Below the pieces are notes generated by a model that saw only the letters and a program-made list of their open reading frames with translations, was not told where the DNA came from and ran no database searches. Positions 9,209-20,079 of a stretch of DNA of 64,000 nt are shown here, piece after piece (the stretch's first letter is position 1; every line of letters starts with the position of its first letter). This DNA comes from a virus (lineage: Duplodnaviria > Caudoviricetes). The stretch is taken from positions 128,001 through 192,000 of the IMG/VR virus record IMGVR_UViG_3300031998_000008. One strand, written 5' to 3'. Made by a program: the position numbers and the translations under genes.

Positions 9209-11008
9209 TTAATCCTCTTTTTTTTTATTTTCGCCTTCAATCGGAATACCTTTCTTTAATTGGTACATAACATCTTTAGTGACTGCATTTACCAATTGTG
9301 TGAATGGGTCGCCATCACCAATTTTGCTACCAAATGGTTCTTCGCTGTGAACACTGTCATCGTTCCAGTCTCTACCCCATTGATTTTGGTCTTCACCTGT
9401 TGTTGGTAATTGCATAGGTTGCTTTCTGTAACCAGGGTGTTTACCGAAAACATGAAGTTCATCTTCTTTTAAGATTCTCTTAACAACTGATTCAACGATT
9501 CTGTCCATTCTTTGTCTCTTTGCTTCCATCATTGGTTCTTCCTCAGTGTCTTCTTCACCGCCAAAATCTTCTTCGCCACCGAAATTTTCTTCACCGCCGA
9601 AGTCTTCTTCACCGCCAAAGTCTTCGCCACCAAAGTCTTCACCACCTTCGAAATCTTCTTCACCACCGAAGTCTTCTTCACCACCGAAGTCTTCTTCGCC
9701 ACCGAAATCTTCTTCACCACCTAAATCGTCAGTTTCATCTCCATTGATTTGTGCTTTCAATGCTTCCAATTCTGCTTTTAATGATTCGATTTCTGCTCTC
9801 AAGTCTTCGTCACCTGTTTCTTCATCACCTAATTCTTCATCACCTTCAAAGTTTTCTTCATCACCGAAGTCTTCACCACCCTCTTCATCTGAAAATTCAT
9901 CATCAAGGCCAGCGTCAAAATCAGTATCTGTTGAAGCGTCACCATCTTCTGAATCAAAATCATCGTTATTCAAGTCGAAGTCTTCACCATCTTCTTCAGA
10001 ACCGTTAGCTTCTAATGATTCATCACCATTACCATCATCGTCTGAATTGAAGTCATCTTCTTCACCTTCGTTTATTGAGTTGTTGAATGGGTCGTTGTTA
10101 TGGTCTGTGTCAGGTTCTCCTATACCTGCTGAACTTGGTAAGCCTTCATCCCATTCAGTTGTTTCTTCGTTTACATTTTTTTGGCCATCCATTTCCCAGC
10201 CTACTTGTTTTGGGTCTCTACCTTTACCTATTCCCTCTGTTCCCCAATTTTCTGTGTTAGGCATCAATGGGTTGTCACCAATATCACCCGCTTCTTCGTT
10301 GCAGTTCTTGCAAGTGCATGGGTTGTTGCCGCATTTTTCACAGCAAGTGTTTTCGTTTACTGATGATGGCTTTTGATTGAATGGTCCACTTGTTTGTTTT
10401 TCATGTGGATTGTTTCCATTGAATCCTTTAACATCGTCTTGTTCAACAACCTTTGCTTCAGTACCATCGTTTATTGAATTTCCATTTTTCTTTGGAGTTT
10501 CTGGATTTGTACCACTGAACTTAACAACACCGTCTTTATTTGAAGCACCGATTTCGTTTGCTTCATTCATAATCATTGAAGCGTTGTACATGATTTGTCT
10601 TTGACGTGCAATTTCATTTCTCATCCTATCAGTACCTTCAACCAAGAATTCTTCTTTCTTGAATGGGTCCAAAGTAGCGATGTTTACATTGCCTTCACAA
10701 GCCTCATTAATTGAAGCAAGTTTAAGTTCAAAGTTCTTCAAAGCATTTGCATAACTCTTGTATTCATAGTTTCCTCTGTTGCAGAAACCGCCAAGATAAT
10801 CATATGCTTCAGCTACCATTTCCTTATCCTTAGGTGCTGATTTGATATAATATTTATTGCATTCTCTAATAATACCATAGCTCTTGCCATCTGCTGCAAT
10901 TGCGTGATATTCTAATGTGTGACTTTTAAAGTCATTGCCTTCGTTTAATTCTTTACCATAAGTGTAAAGTCCTTTCATTCTGGCAATTGTTTCTTCAAAA
11001 TTTGACAT
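9209..11008 (-). CDS. Acidic internal head/core-like protein
   Basis: DE-rich, repeated VNE/INE motifs, late motif at 11051. Confidence 0.6.
   Translation of the reverse strand: MSNFEETIARMKGLYTYGKELNEGNDFKSHTLEYHAIAADGKSYGIIRECNKYYIKSAPKDKEMVAEAYDYLGGFCNRGNYEYKSYANALKNFELKLASINEACEGNVNIATLDPFKKEEFLVEGTDRMRNEIARQRQIMYNASMIMNEANEIGASNKDGVVKFSGTNPETPKKNGNSINDGTEAKVVEQDDVKGFNGNNPHEKQTSGPFNQKPSSVNENTCCEKCGNNPCTCKNCNEEAGDIGDNPLMPNTENWGTEGIGKGRDPKQVGWEMDGQKNVNEETTEWDEGLPSSAGIGEPDTDHNNDPFNNSINEGEEDDFNSDDDGNGDESLEANGSEEDGEDFDLNNDDFDSEDGDASTDTDFDAGLDDEFSDEEGGEDFGDEENFEGDEELGDEETGDEDLRAEIESLKAELEALKAQINGDETDDLGGEEDFGGEEDFGGEEDFGGEEDFEGGEDFGGEDFGGEEDFGGEENFGGEEDFGGEEDTEEEPMMEAKRQRMDRIVESVVKRILKEDELHVFGKHPGYRKQPMQLPTTGEDQNQWGRDWNDDSVHSEEPFGSKIGDGDPFTQLVNAVTKDVMYQLKKGIPIEGENKKKED
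9546..9722 (-). repeat. ~18-nt coding tandem repeat (GGEEDF x ~10)
   Basis: Repeated tcttcttcaccRccRaaR units. Confidence 0.9.
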
Positions 11009-11077
11009 ATTATTTGATTGTTTTTAATCTATTATTTTCCTTTTTTTCATATAAATAGCATTGAAAATGAAAAAAAA

Positions 11078-13453
11078 TTATGGTAAACTGTTTAAATTAT
11101 CATAGGTTTGGGTTTTTAATTTATACAATTTGTCTAAGTATCCAAGTCTGCGAAGTGACTTAAATACAATGTTTCCGTTTGATATTTCTGATTTGCCTTT
11201 ATTAAGTTCACCTTTTCTTTCATTTTTGATGGTGTCCCAAAGTTTGTTTGCTTTGTGTGCTATAATCTCAATTTTATGGTTATCTTTTTTGTATTTTTTG
11301 TATAAATCAATTAATTCATCAACATTGTCCATGTATTTTGCAACTTTTGATTTAATCAAATGTTTGTTTACTTTTGCCTTTGCTAATGTGTCTCTTTTTG
11401 GCTCCGTTAGCCATTCATTTTTATCTAATGAGTAAACTCCTGTTGATGCATGCGCTTCGTTTGTGTCTTGTACATATACTTCAACAGGAAAACCAAATAT
11501 ATTAAGACCCTCATGTTCATCATTCCATAAATTCTTCAAAGAATCGAAATATTTTTTAACAAAGTCTGTTCTTCTATCAACCTTTGAAAAATCCATTAAC
11601 ACATGTAAGTCAATGTCTGAATATTTGTCATTCCAATTGAAATTAGCCAAAGAGCCTGTCATAATGACATCATCGGGCTTTACCCAATCAACGCCTAAGA
11701 ATTCAATGAAATCATCTGCAATATCCATGAGTTTAAGCCTGATTCTTGAATCAAGCAAATTGTTCTTCCAAAATTTTGGATTTAATTCACGTTTTATATT
11801 GAATGATGATAAATCAACATCTTCAGGGTCTGTGTCATCTATGATTCTTGCTTCTTTAAGCATTTCTTTTTCTGAGTTTTCATATTCAGTCCATTTTCTG
11901 AAGTAAATATTACCTTTTAGATATGCTTCTGCTTCAACTTTTTCCAACTCTTTATTGTCTTTCACGTCATCATTTGAGGTGAATGTGAGGTTTATTCCCC
12001 TCAAATTTTGTGAGTGGTGAATCATTTCATGCGCAAAAGTTCTTAAAATATCTTTAGGGTGTCTGTCTTTACAGAAAACAGTAATTTCCTTTTCTTCAGG
12101 TGAATAGAAGCCAGTTTTAATGAATAAACCATCTTGTTCTGACCAATCCAAATGAACTTTTGGGAATGGTGACACTTGTAGCCCGCTTTTTTCCATAAAC
12201 TCAGCGATTTTTTTGAAATTTTCTTCAAATTCGCTGTTTTTTGAAGATTCGTTTACATGGTAATATGGATTTAAGTCCATTGACCTTTCAGGACCAAGCA
12301 TAAATACATCAGGACCACCAGGTTCAGCACCTTCTTCCATTGCTCCACCTGCTGTTACACCATCCATAATTCCTGCGTTTACTTTGTTATGTACTTGGTC
12401 TTGTGCTGTTGGAACTTTTTCTTCATACACTGAAAGTCGGCCAGCATCTTCCTCGCTTCTTGGCTTGAATGTTGCTCTATAATTGATTCCTGTTAATCTT
12501 TGTAAATCAACAGAAGTTTGTAATCCTGGTACATTTTCCCCATCAAAGTCATGGTTCCATCTTGTGGTTATATTATCAGGCTCACCATCCAATCCAACAA
12601 TAACAGATATTAATGATAGGCCATATTCATCAAGTGGACAATTTTCACCTTGTTCTTTGGGAATATCTTCAAAACCACGTTTTTCCAATATATAGAATTT
12701 TCCACCATCACTTGTATATTGACCATATTCAAATTGACCTTTTTGTCCACAAATACACCAATCAGTGTAATTTTTCAACATTGCAAGATGTAACTTGCTT
12801 TCTTCAGTAGGAACAAACATTCTTGTGTTATACCCACCAACTAAATGGTCTTTAACTTCAAATACTGTATAATCATGTGAATCTGAATATTCTGAAGAAT
12901 CCAATTCGCTGTTTGTAACTTCCATGAATTTTTCAATGAATGGCTTTGTGTATTCAATAAGTTCGTCATATGAAAATCCGTTCAAATTTCCGTCCAACTG
13001 CAATCCCATTTCGTGCAATAGGTTTTCTCTATTGCATATTCTATTCATTAACTTTCCAAGGTTCATAATTTTACCGCCTTGCATTTCTGAGCCAAAACTG
13101 TAAAATCCAAGTTCTGTTATTGCTATTCTTGCAATACCTTTAATATACTTTTTAATACCATTGTTATATGTTAATCCAAATTGCTGAAGGAAATTTGCTC
13201 TTAAATAATCGAAAAATGTGTTTTTTCCATCCGGATGGTCTGCAACAGATGTGAACAATCCTGATTCACCCTCATCACCTGGGTTCAAAATCCTTTGTAT
13301 CATATCAGGGAGTTCCCTAAGAGGTGTGTCCATCATTGGTTGGAAATATGGTGCTGTATATTCTCTTATGTAAGTATTTACAGCACGGTCAGCTGCTGAT
13401 TCAGCCAACATTATTTTTCTCTTTTGCTCTTCTGTTATGTATATTGTTTTCAT
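11078..13453 (-). CDS. Modular protein: WC-motif domain + HExxH metallopeptidase + pol-beta-family nucleotidyltransferase
   Basis: TDWCICG..ITTRWNH; DILRTFAHEMIHH; IMTGSLANFNW..SDIDLHVL (GS..DxD). Confidence 0.7.
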   Translation of the reverse strand: MKTIYITEEQKRKIMLAESAADRAVNTYIREYTAPYFQPMMDTPLRELPDMIQRILNPGDEGESGLFTSVADHPDGKNTFFDYLRANFLQQFGLTYNNGIKKYIKGIARIAITELGFYSFGSEMQGGKIMNLGKLMNRICNRENLLHEMGLQLDGNLNGFSYDELIEYTKPFIEKFMEVTNSELDSSEYSDSHDYTVFEVKDHLVGGYNTRMFVPTEESKLHLAMLKNYTDWCICGQKGQFEYGQYTSDGGKFYILEKRGFEDIPKEQGENCPLDEYGLSLISVIVGLDGEPDNITTRWNHDFDGENVPGLQTSVDLQRLTGINYRATFKPRSEEDAGRLSVYEEKVPTAQDQVHNKVNAGIMDGVTAGGAMEEGAEPGGPDVFMLGPERSMDLNPYYHVNESSKNSEFEENFKKIAEFMEKSGLQVSPFPKVHLDWSEQDGLFIKTGFYSPEEKEITVFCKDRHPKDILRTFAHEMIHHSQNLRGINLTFTSNDDVKDNKELEKVEAEAYLKGNIYFRKWTEYENSEKEMLKEARIIDDTDPEDVDLSSFNIKRELNPKFWKNNLLDSRIRLKLMDIADDFIEFLGVDWVKPDDVIMTGSLANFNWNDKYSDIDLHVLMDFSKVDRRTDFVKKYFDSLKNLWNDEHEGLNIFGFPVEVYVQDTNEAHASTGVYSLDKNEWLTEPKRDTLAKAKVNKHLIKSKVAKYMDNVDELIDLYKKYKKDNHKIEIIAHKANKLWDTIKNERKGELNKGKSEISNGNIVFKSLRRLGYLDKLYKLKTQTYDNLNSLP

Positions 13454-13556
13454 TTATAGACAAATTATCATTTATAAATAGTTTAATGAACACATAAAAA
13501 AAGTCAGCCATTTCTGACTGACTTTATATTATTATATATGTAGTTTAATTAAAATA

Positions 13557-14054
13557 TTAGTTTTGTAATTTAACCCATATATCAATTGGTGATTTGTTTG
13601 TGTCGTATAATTGGTAAAGTGTGTCACCAATTTGTGCTGTTGAAATTACATAATAATAATTATTAACAAATTCAGGAACTGTATTTTCTGTTACTTTTAT
13701 TTTTGTGTATTCATCTTGTCCTATTGTTGTTTTATCTTCTGTTGTTTCCGCTCTACCTGTTGCGTATTCTATTGTTCCTGCTGAATCTCCGTAAGAAATA
13801 AACCCATAAACAGTTGGTGTAAATCCTGATTCATCTCCACCATCATCATCTTTATTCATTATAGTGTCAATGTCAACAACTTCCAATGAATCACAGCCCT
13901 TAGCATCAAATCCAAAGTTTTTTACTGAAATTTCGCTTGCACCTGTTGTTTCAATGCCTTCAATTTTCATTATTTCAGGCATAAGACCTTGGAATTCAAT
14001 TCCTTCTGAGTAATCGTATTGATTTAATTCGTGGTTTATTTTATAATTTTCCAT
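13557..14054 (-). CDS. Hypothetical late protein
   Basis: 165 aa ORF with TATTTAT upstream. Confidence 0.55.
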   Translation of the reverse strand: MENYKINHELNQYDYSEGIEFQGLMPEIMKIEGIETTGASEISVKNFGFDAKGCDSLEVVDIDTIMNKDDDGGDESGFTPTVYGFISYGDSAGTIEYATGRAETTEDKTTIGQDEYTKIKVTENTVPEFVNNYYYVISTAQIGDTLYQLYDTNKSPIDIWVKLQN

Positions 14055-14117
14055 GTCAAATATTTGTTTATAGTTTTTATTATTTTCAATTTTTTATTCA
14101 ATTATAAATAGTCTAAA

Positions 14118-14843
14118 TTAATTAAAAGTTTTTAATAAATACCTTCTTAAAATATTTGAGCCTGTTCCTGAAATTTTAGTATGGTCTCTTACAAACGCTA
14201 TATCCTTTGATGAAGCCATTGTCATTGCCGCATCTCTCTCTTCGTCAGTTTGGAATCCACCTTTTGTTTTTGTTATTTTTTCGTTTTTATTTCTTGGTGC
14301 ATCAAACATATGATACACTGTTACACGTTTAGGGTCAATTAGCAAAGCATCCATTAAATAATCTTGAGCCATAATATCAACACCGTAATAATCACCTACA
14401 ACAAATTTTGCATTTGGATTTTCATATAGTGCGTAGTCTATTGCTAATTTATAGTTCATTTCAAACTCTTCTTCTGTAATATTTCTATGCCCTGAAATGA
14501 AATATGTGTTTGCAACATCAAGTTCTTCTTCCATTGCTTTTTGCAATTCTATTGCTAATTCATCCATATCAGCATCACCAATCTTTTCATAGTCGTACTT
14601 GCTCTTAATTACCTTATTAAGAGTTTTTCCTTGTGATGCGTCAGTTCCACCATTGATAAAAACAAGATAATCCTCAAATCTTACATCTTTATAGACGTAT
14701 TTTTGTCCGTTTTTGAACACAACAAAAAGATTTCCACAGTTTTCATTTTCATCCTCAACCATTTCTGTATAGTATATCATGGATGAATCATACCATATTT
14801 TTTGCGTTCTTGTTTCCTCATCATATACTTTCTTTATAATCAT
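14118..14843 (-). CDS. KTSC-like domain fused to YspA/SLOG-like domain
   Basis: SSMI..LFVVFKNGQKYVYKDV..SQGKTLNKVIK (KTSC pattern); YFISGHR..VGDYYGVD..RDAAM..SGT (SLOG pattern); start at MIIKK. Confidence 0.6.
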   Translation of the reverse strand: MIIKKVYDEETRTQKIWYDSSMIYYTEMVEDENENCGNLFVVFKNGQKYVYKDVRFEDYLVFINGGTDASQGKTLNKVIKSKYDYEKIGDADMDELAIELQKAMEEELDVANTYFISGHRNITEEEFEMNYKLAIDYALYENPNAKFVVGDYYGVDIMAQDYLMDALLIDPKRVTVYHMFDAPRNKNEKITKTKGGFQTDEERDAAMTMASSKDIAFVRDHTKISGTGSNILRRYLLKTFN

Positions 14844-14952
14844 AACAAAATGTATTTTATTATAATAATATACGCTTTTTTTGCCAAAAATCAAAACATT
14901 TGTTTTTATTGTTAATTTTTTGTACATTAGCCTTAACAAGAAATTTTTGAAT

Positions 14953-17535
14953 ATGGCAGAGATTGAAAAAAATGCTAACGAACAATCATTTGACAACATT
15001 AATATGTCAAATGAACTTGAAGAACTTTTGGATTTTATTATTAACGATTTATCTAAGGAATTACCGACATTAACTGTTGATTTGAATTATTTCCTTCTTG
15101 GGTCTTTAGTGCAGAAGAATAACAATCTGTATAAGAGGCTTGAGATGTGTATGATGACAACAACAATGAATGCCATATATAATTCTTTCTATCAAGTTGT
15201 TTCTTCAAAGGCTCTTAGTGCTGTAAAAAGCAATAGAAAGACTAATTTTGACAATAAATTTTATGAAATAGTAAACAAGGCAAGTGAAATAGCAAAGGAA
15301 CTTGAAAGTGAAGAGGTGACTTCAGAACACGTATTCCTTGCTATTTTAGGAGATAGTGATGATGGAAACAAAATCAGGAAAGTTTTCAACAAAGCCGGCC
15401 TTACTTATGGTGTTTTCAAAGACAAACTCCAAGACAGCTTGGTAAGTTTCGATGAAAATGGTATTATGAGTGGAAATCTTGGGAACGGAATGGGCGTTAA
15501 GATTATCCAAGCAAAAACTCCTGAGGAAGCAATGCGTAAGATGAAAGAAAGCATTGAAAACGAAATGAATCAGATGACTGGTGGTAAGAAATCAAGCAAG
15601 ACTTCATCAAAAACACCTTATATAGATGAATATTGCACTGATTTGAATGCTTTGGCTGAAAGCGGTAAGATGGAGCCAATCATTGGCCGTGAGAAAGAAA
15701 TTGCACAAATCATTAGAATCCTTGGTAGGAAAAACAAGAACAACACAATTCTTGTTGGCGGCGAGGGCGTTGGTAAAACAGCAATTGGTGAAAGTATTGC
15801 CTATAAGATTGTTAATGGCGAAGTTCCTGAATTTTTACTTAACAAGAGGGTTGTTTCACTTGACATGACTGCTATGATGGCAGGTACTACTCTTAGAGGT
15901 ATGTTTGAGGAACGTGTAAAGGGCGTTATGGATGAAATCAAGAAATATAGGAATTTCATTTTATTCATGGATAATATTGGTGCAATTCTTGCTGATAAAG
16001 GTAAGAATGACTATGAAATCTCTTCAATGCTTTCACGTGGTCTTGAAACCGGTGAAATCCAAGTAATCGGTACTTCAGATTTTGCTTCTTATAGAAAGAC
16101 ATTCGATAAAGACCCAAGTTTGGCAAGACGTTTCCAAAAGATTATTGTTGAATCACCAAGTATTGATGAATCAATTAGAATTTTGGATGGCATTAAGGAA
16201 TCATATGAGACCTACCATAAGGTTAGATATGAAGATGGTGTTATCGAAGCATGTGTAAAACTTGCGGATAAGTACATTTCAGAACGTAATTTGCCTGATT
16301 CAGCAATTGATATTCTTGATGAAATTGGTTCATTGAATGGTACATCAAACGAGCCTACTGCTCTTAAAGAACTGAAGGCCCGTATTACGTTATTTGAGGA
16401 TAAGATGGATGAAGCAAAGAGGGAAAAGGATTATGAAAGTGCTGATGCTATTTCAAAAGAAATTATTTTGTTGAAGAAACAATATAACGAGGAAAAGGAT
16501 AGTTACGAAAAGGACCGTAACGAAAACCATATTCCTGTAACTGTTAATGACATTCTTAACCTTATTTCAGTTAAAACAGGTATTCCTGTAAGCAATCTTA
16601 ATTCAGATGACAAGAAGAAATTGTCAGGAATGAATGATAGGCTTAAAGAAAGTGTTGTTGGTCAAGATGAGGCAATTGACACTGTTTGCAAGGCGTTGAA
16701 ACGTAATAGAGTTGGCCTTAGCAATAATGGTTGCATGTATAGTTACATGGCAATTGGTAAAACAGGTACAGGTAAAACCTTGTTGGCAAAGAAACTTGCT
16801 AAAGAGTTATTCGGTGATGAAAAGGCCCTTGTTAGATTTGATATGTCTGAATATTCAGATAAGGTTTCAGTAAACAAACTTATTGGCTCAAATCCTGGTT
16901 ATGTTGGATATGAAGAGGGTGGACAATTGACTGAAACAATCAAAAATAAGAAACATTGCGTTCTTTTGCTTGATGAAATTGAAAAGGCTGACCCTGAGGT
17001 TTACAACATTTTCTTACAGGTTCTTGATGAAGGATTCTTAACAGATAACTCTGGCCAGCGTGTGGATTTCAAGAATGTAATCGTGGTATTTACATCAAAC
17101 GTTGGTGCAAAGGCTGCAAGTGAATTTGGTAAAGGAATCGGATTTGCTAACGATGAGGAAGAAAATACAAAGAGAATCTTGTTGAAACAACTTAAAAATA
17201 GATTTCCACCTGAATTTCTTAACCGTATCAATGATGTTATATACTTTAACACATTGAATGACGATGACCTTAATTCAATTATTAAGATTGAAATTGGTAA
17301 ACTTGAGAGCAGGTTAAATGGAATGGGATATTCCATGGAATATGACAACGATGTTGTTCAATACATTCTTAAAGAAATACAAGATGAAAAAGACTTCGGT
17401 GCAAGACCTATTATTAGGTGTATTCAAGAAAACATCGAAGACAAACTAACGGACAAACTTCTTGAGAATGATTACGAAAAAGGATATGTGTTCAAAATTT
17501 CTTGTCCTGAATTAAGTGCCGTAACAGTCGCTTAA
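14953..17535 (+). CDS. clpC: ClpC/ClpB-family AAA+ chaperone
   Basis: Clp-N-like region, two AAA modules (GGEGVGKT, GKTGTGKT), RFDMSEY, LIGSNPGYVGYEEGG, LLDEIEKA, FGARP. Confidence 0.93.
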   Translation: MAEIEKNANEQSFDNINMSNELEELLDFIINDLSKELPTLTVDLNYFLLGSLVQKNNNLYKRLEMCMMTTTMNAIYNSFYQVVSSKALSAVKSNRKTNFDNKFYEIVNKASEIAKELESEEVTSEHVFLAILGDSDDGNKIRKVFNKAGLTYGVFKDKLQDSLVSFDENGIMSGNLGNGMGVKIIQAKTPEEAMRKMKESIENEMNQMTGGKKSSKTSSKTPYIDEYCTDLNALAESGKMEPIIGREKEIAQIIRILGRKNKNNTILVGGEGVGKTAIGESIAYKIVNGEVPEFLLNKRVVSLDMTAMMAGTTLRGMFEERVKGVMDEIKKYRNFILFMDNIGAILADKGKNDYEISSMLSRGLETGEIQVIGTSDFASYRKTFDKDPSLARRFQKIIVESPSIDESIRILDGIKESYETYHKVRYEDGVIEACVKLADKYISERNLPDSAIDILDEIGSLNGTSNEPTALKELKARITLFEDKMDEAKREKDYESADAISKEIILLKKQYNEEKDSYEKDRNENHIPVTVNDILNLISVKTGIPVSNLNSDDKKKLSGMNDRLKESVVGQDEAIDTVCKALKRNRVGLSNNGCMYSYMAIGKTGTGKTLLAKKLAKELFGDEKALVRFDMSEYSDKVSVNKLIGSNPGYVGYEEGGQLTETIKNKKHCVLLLDEIEKADPEVYNIFLQVLDEGFLTDNSGQRVDFKNVIVVFTSNVGAKAASEFGKGIGFANDEEENTKRILLKQLKNRFPPEFLNRINDVIYFNTLNDDDLNSIIKIEIGKLESRLNGMGYSMEYDNDVVQYILKEIQDEKDFGARPIIRCIQENIEDKLTDKLLENDYEKGYVFKISCPELSAVTVA

Positions 17536-17536
17536 T

Positions 17537-17568
17537 AAAAAAGCCCGATTTAGTTCGGGCTTTTTTTT
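17537..17568. terminator. Bidirectional terminator between convergent genes
   Basis: A6-GCCCGA/TCGGGC-T8. Confidence 0.85.
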
Positions 17569-20077
17569 ATTTCATTCTTGCTCTTTTTGGAATTTCAAAA
17601 CTAAAATTCTTATTTTGAGGAACAAATAATGTATTAGTTGATAGAACATTTGTTAATTCCTTGAAAGCTGAAGAATTTGCTGAATGTATATAATACATTG
17701 GTATTTGTTCACCATGCTTTTTGCAATAATTCACTAAGAATATAGCACAATCTTTTGAACTTTTCCCATCAGTTGATGCAGCGCCTAAATCCCTATCAAA
17801 TGATATGAATTCAGGAACACCATTTTTCTGTATGTATTCAACAAACTCAGTGTAATTATGCACACAGTCAAACATTATATTATATTTTTTCATTAGTTCA
17901 ACAAACGCAATTTGGTTGTTCATTCCAACTTTACTTGTTTGTTTTCCTTGTGCGGCTAATTCAAATTGTTTGAATGGCTTTCTTGTATCATCAACCCATA
18001 ATATTTTTAGGTTTTGCTTTCTCTTGCTGTATCCATTTACAAACTCTGAGCCGTATTCAATGTTCGTTGACAATTTCTTTATTTCTTGTTCTTCAGGTGA
18101 AACTTCACGTCTTGACGGTGATAAAGATGGGTCGTTTGTAAAATTAAATCCACCTTCAGGTTTAAATAATGGTATTCTTCCAAGAGTCCAACTTTCTGAC
18201 ATTTGTCCAAAAGTTATCGGAAGCATATATCTCTTTTCTATTCCTTTTTGCATAAATTGATAGCAAACATCAGATAATGTTGAACCACCGCTTATGTTAT
18301 CATCAAAAACAATAAATAATGTTCCTTTTATTCTTTCCAATTCTTCTTGTACATGCTTTATTGTCTCAGGACTTGTTGTGTGTGGGTCATCATCAAATCT
18401 GTATATGTTTCTAAGTCCCATTCTTTCACCGTTTGATATTTTTTTGATTTCAAATGGTGATGGCCTCCATTCACATATTTCATATGGGTTTTTCAAATAA
18501 GGTTCACCATCAATTTCACTTCTTTCACCCCATAGGCGTGTTTTAATCATTTCAATAATTTTTCTTGTTCTGTTTTCTATTGATGGGCCTTTTGAATATT
18601 TGATAGGTTTAATTATCTTATATAAAGTAACTTTTGAGTCTTCATCAGTTATTTCGTTGTGATAATGTGCATCACGTATTATTTGCTTTATGTAATCAGC
18701 ATAAAGTTTGTAATGTTCTGCAATTCTGTCTATTGCGGTTTCTTGATTTTTTGCATATTTTAAGTTTTGGATACAATGAAGTATTTTTTTCGTTTGTAAG
18801 TTTACTAAATTAATTGTTTGTTGTGCTTTTTGTATGTTTGTGCTTCTGTTTATATCGTTTTGTAGGAAGTTCATAACAGAAGTTTCTCTCTTTGACCTTG
18901 GTGAATCATAAAATCCTTGATTCATTCTAACAAAATCTGAGTCAATTTGAAGATTGTTCAAGTCTTTTGTGAGTATATTTGTGTCAATTGCTTGAATTGG
19001 CATTCCACATACTTGTAACTTTGATAATTCTTGTGCCATTTTTACATTAAAGTTGCTTGAACTTTTTATTGGATAAATTGATATGGCCCTAAATTCTGTA
19101 TCAGGACGCATTCTTAAATCCTTCATATAATCTTCAACGACAATTTCAATTTTTCTTTTGAATTGATTCATGAAATCATTAAACTCGTTTGCTTCCATGT
19201 CCATTTCATATTCCTTGCCACCAATTTCTGCTTTTGCCTTTTGTGAATCAAAATAGTGTTTGAAATATTGCATTACGTATTCACCTTTAATTGATGTTAT
19301 GTTATATGACATCAATCCGCCTTTTAATTGTACTTTGTATGTGTCGTTGTTTGATTTATCCATTAAGTCGGTTTTAAGTTTTTCACCACTTAAAAGATTT
19401 CCTTTTGCACGGTCAGTTCCGTTATCACCGTTTTTCTCATAATGAATCATTGCTTTTTTACCTTTAATCCTGTCAATATATGCAGATTCATTAAGTTTAC
19501 TTTCTTCTAATTTTTTCTTTTGGATTTCAACGTAGTCAGCGAAAGGTTTTCTTTGCTTATTGCCCCTGTAAAGCCATTTTTTGAATAGTCTTAAAGAAAC
19601 ACCAGTAATAGACCTAAACCCAGTCCAACCTTTATTGTAGTTTGATAAATATGCACTTTTTGCTTCTTCTTTTGACTTGAAGCCAATCATAACTTTACTT
19701 TCGTCAAATTCACCATCTTTGTTGTTTTGGTCAATGACATATACTTTATCAAAGTCATCTGGATATGGGCCAATGAAAACATCAACGGCATCACCGTCTT
19801 TTCCGTTACCACTTGTGTTCCTAAAGTATCCATAGTGATTTTGCATGGTTACTTCACCATATCCTTTATCGTTTTTGTATTTTCTAACTGAGCCTTTGGG
19901 GTTTTCTATTGAAATTGGCATGCCTTTAACTGAAAAATGACCCATTTTATAGTTTCCGGCTTCTTTTTGCGCATCCGTTGGGGTCAAATTAACATTCTTG
20001 CACTCAGCGTCAATTTCTGACGTTGAAACTTCAGATATAAGGTGTTTGAACTGTTCTTCTGTCAATATAATTTTCAT
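17567..20077 (-). CDS. Modular protein: InPase-like domain + PRTase-like domain + cyclic-phosphate-processing receiver-like domain
   Basis: AQKEAGNYKMGH..IENPKGS..HYGY..DGDAVDVFIG..FDESKVMIGF; IVFDDNISGGSTL; ILWVDD..ISFDRDLG..IHSAN. Confidence 0.7.
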   Translation of the reverse strand: MKIILTEEQFKHLISEVSTSEIDAECKNVNLTPTDAQKEAGNYKMGHFSVKGMPISIENPKGSVRKYKNDKGYGEVTMQNHYGYFRNTSGNGKDGDAVDVFIGPYPDDFDKVYVIDQNNKDGEFDESKVMIGFKSKEEAKSAYLSNYNKGWTGFRSITGVSLRLFKKWLYRGNKQRKPFADYVEIQKKKLEESKLNESAYIDRIKGKKAMIHYEKNGDNGTDRAKGNLLSGEKLKTDLMDKSNNDTYKVQLKGGLMSYNITSIKGEYVMQYFKHYFDSQKAKAEIGGKEYEMDMEANEFNDFMNQFKRKIEIVVEDYMKDLRMRPDTEFRAISIYPIKSSSNFNVKMAQELSKLQVCGMPIQAIDTNILTKDLNNLQIDSDFVRMNQGFYDSPRSKRETSVMNFLQNDINRSTNIQKAQQTINLVNLQTKKILHCIQNLKYAKNQETAIDRIAEHYKLYADYIKQIIRDAHYHNEITDEDSKVTLYKIIKPIKYSKGPSIENRTRKIIEMIKTRLWGERSEIDGEPYLKNPYEICEWRPSPFEIKKISNGERMGLRNIYRFDDDPHTTSPETIKHVQEELERIKGTLFIVFDDNISGGSTLSDVCYQFMQKGIEKRYMLPITFGQMSESWTLGRIPLFKPEGGFNFTNDPSLSPSRREVSPEEQEIKKLSTNIEYGSEFVNGYSKRKQNLKILWVDDTRKPFKQFELAAQGKQTSKVGMNNQIAFVELMKKYNIMFDCVHNYTEFVEYIQKNGVPEFISFDRDLGAASTDGKSSKDCAIFLVNYCKKHGEQIPMYYIHSANSSAFKELTNVLSTNTLFVPQNKNFSFEIPKRARMK

Positions 20078-20079
20078 TT

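Noticed and set aside
9512-10376. Plus-strand S/P- or H-rich ORFs (e.g. 9546-10376)
   Set aside because: Antisense shadows of the GGEEDF repeat in the real minus-strand gene
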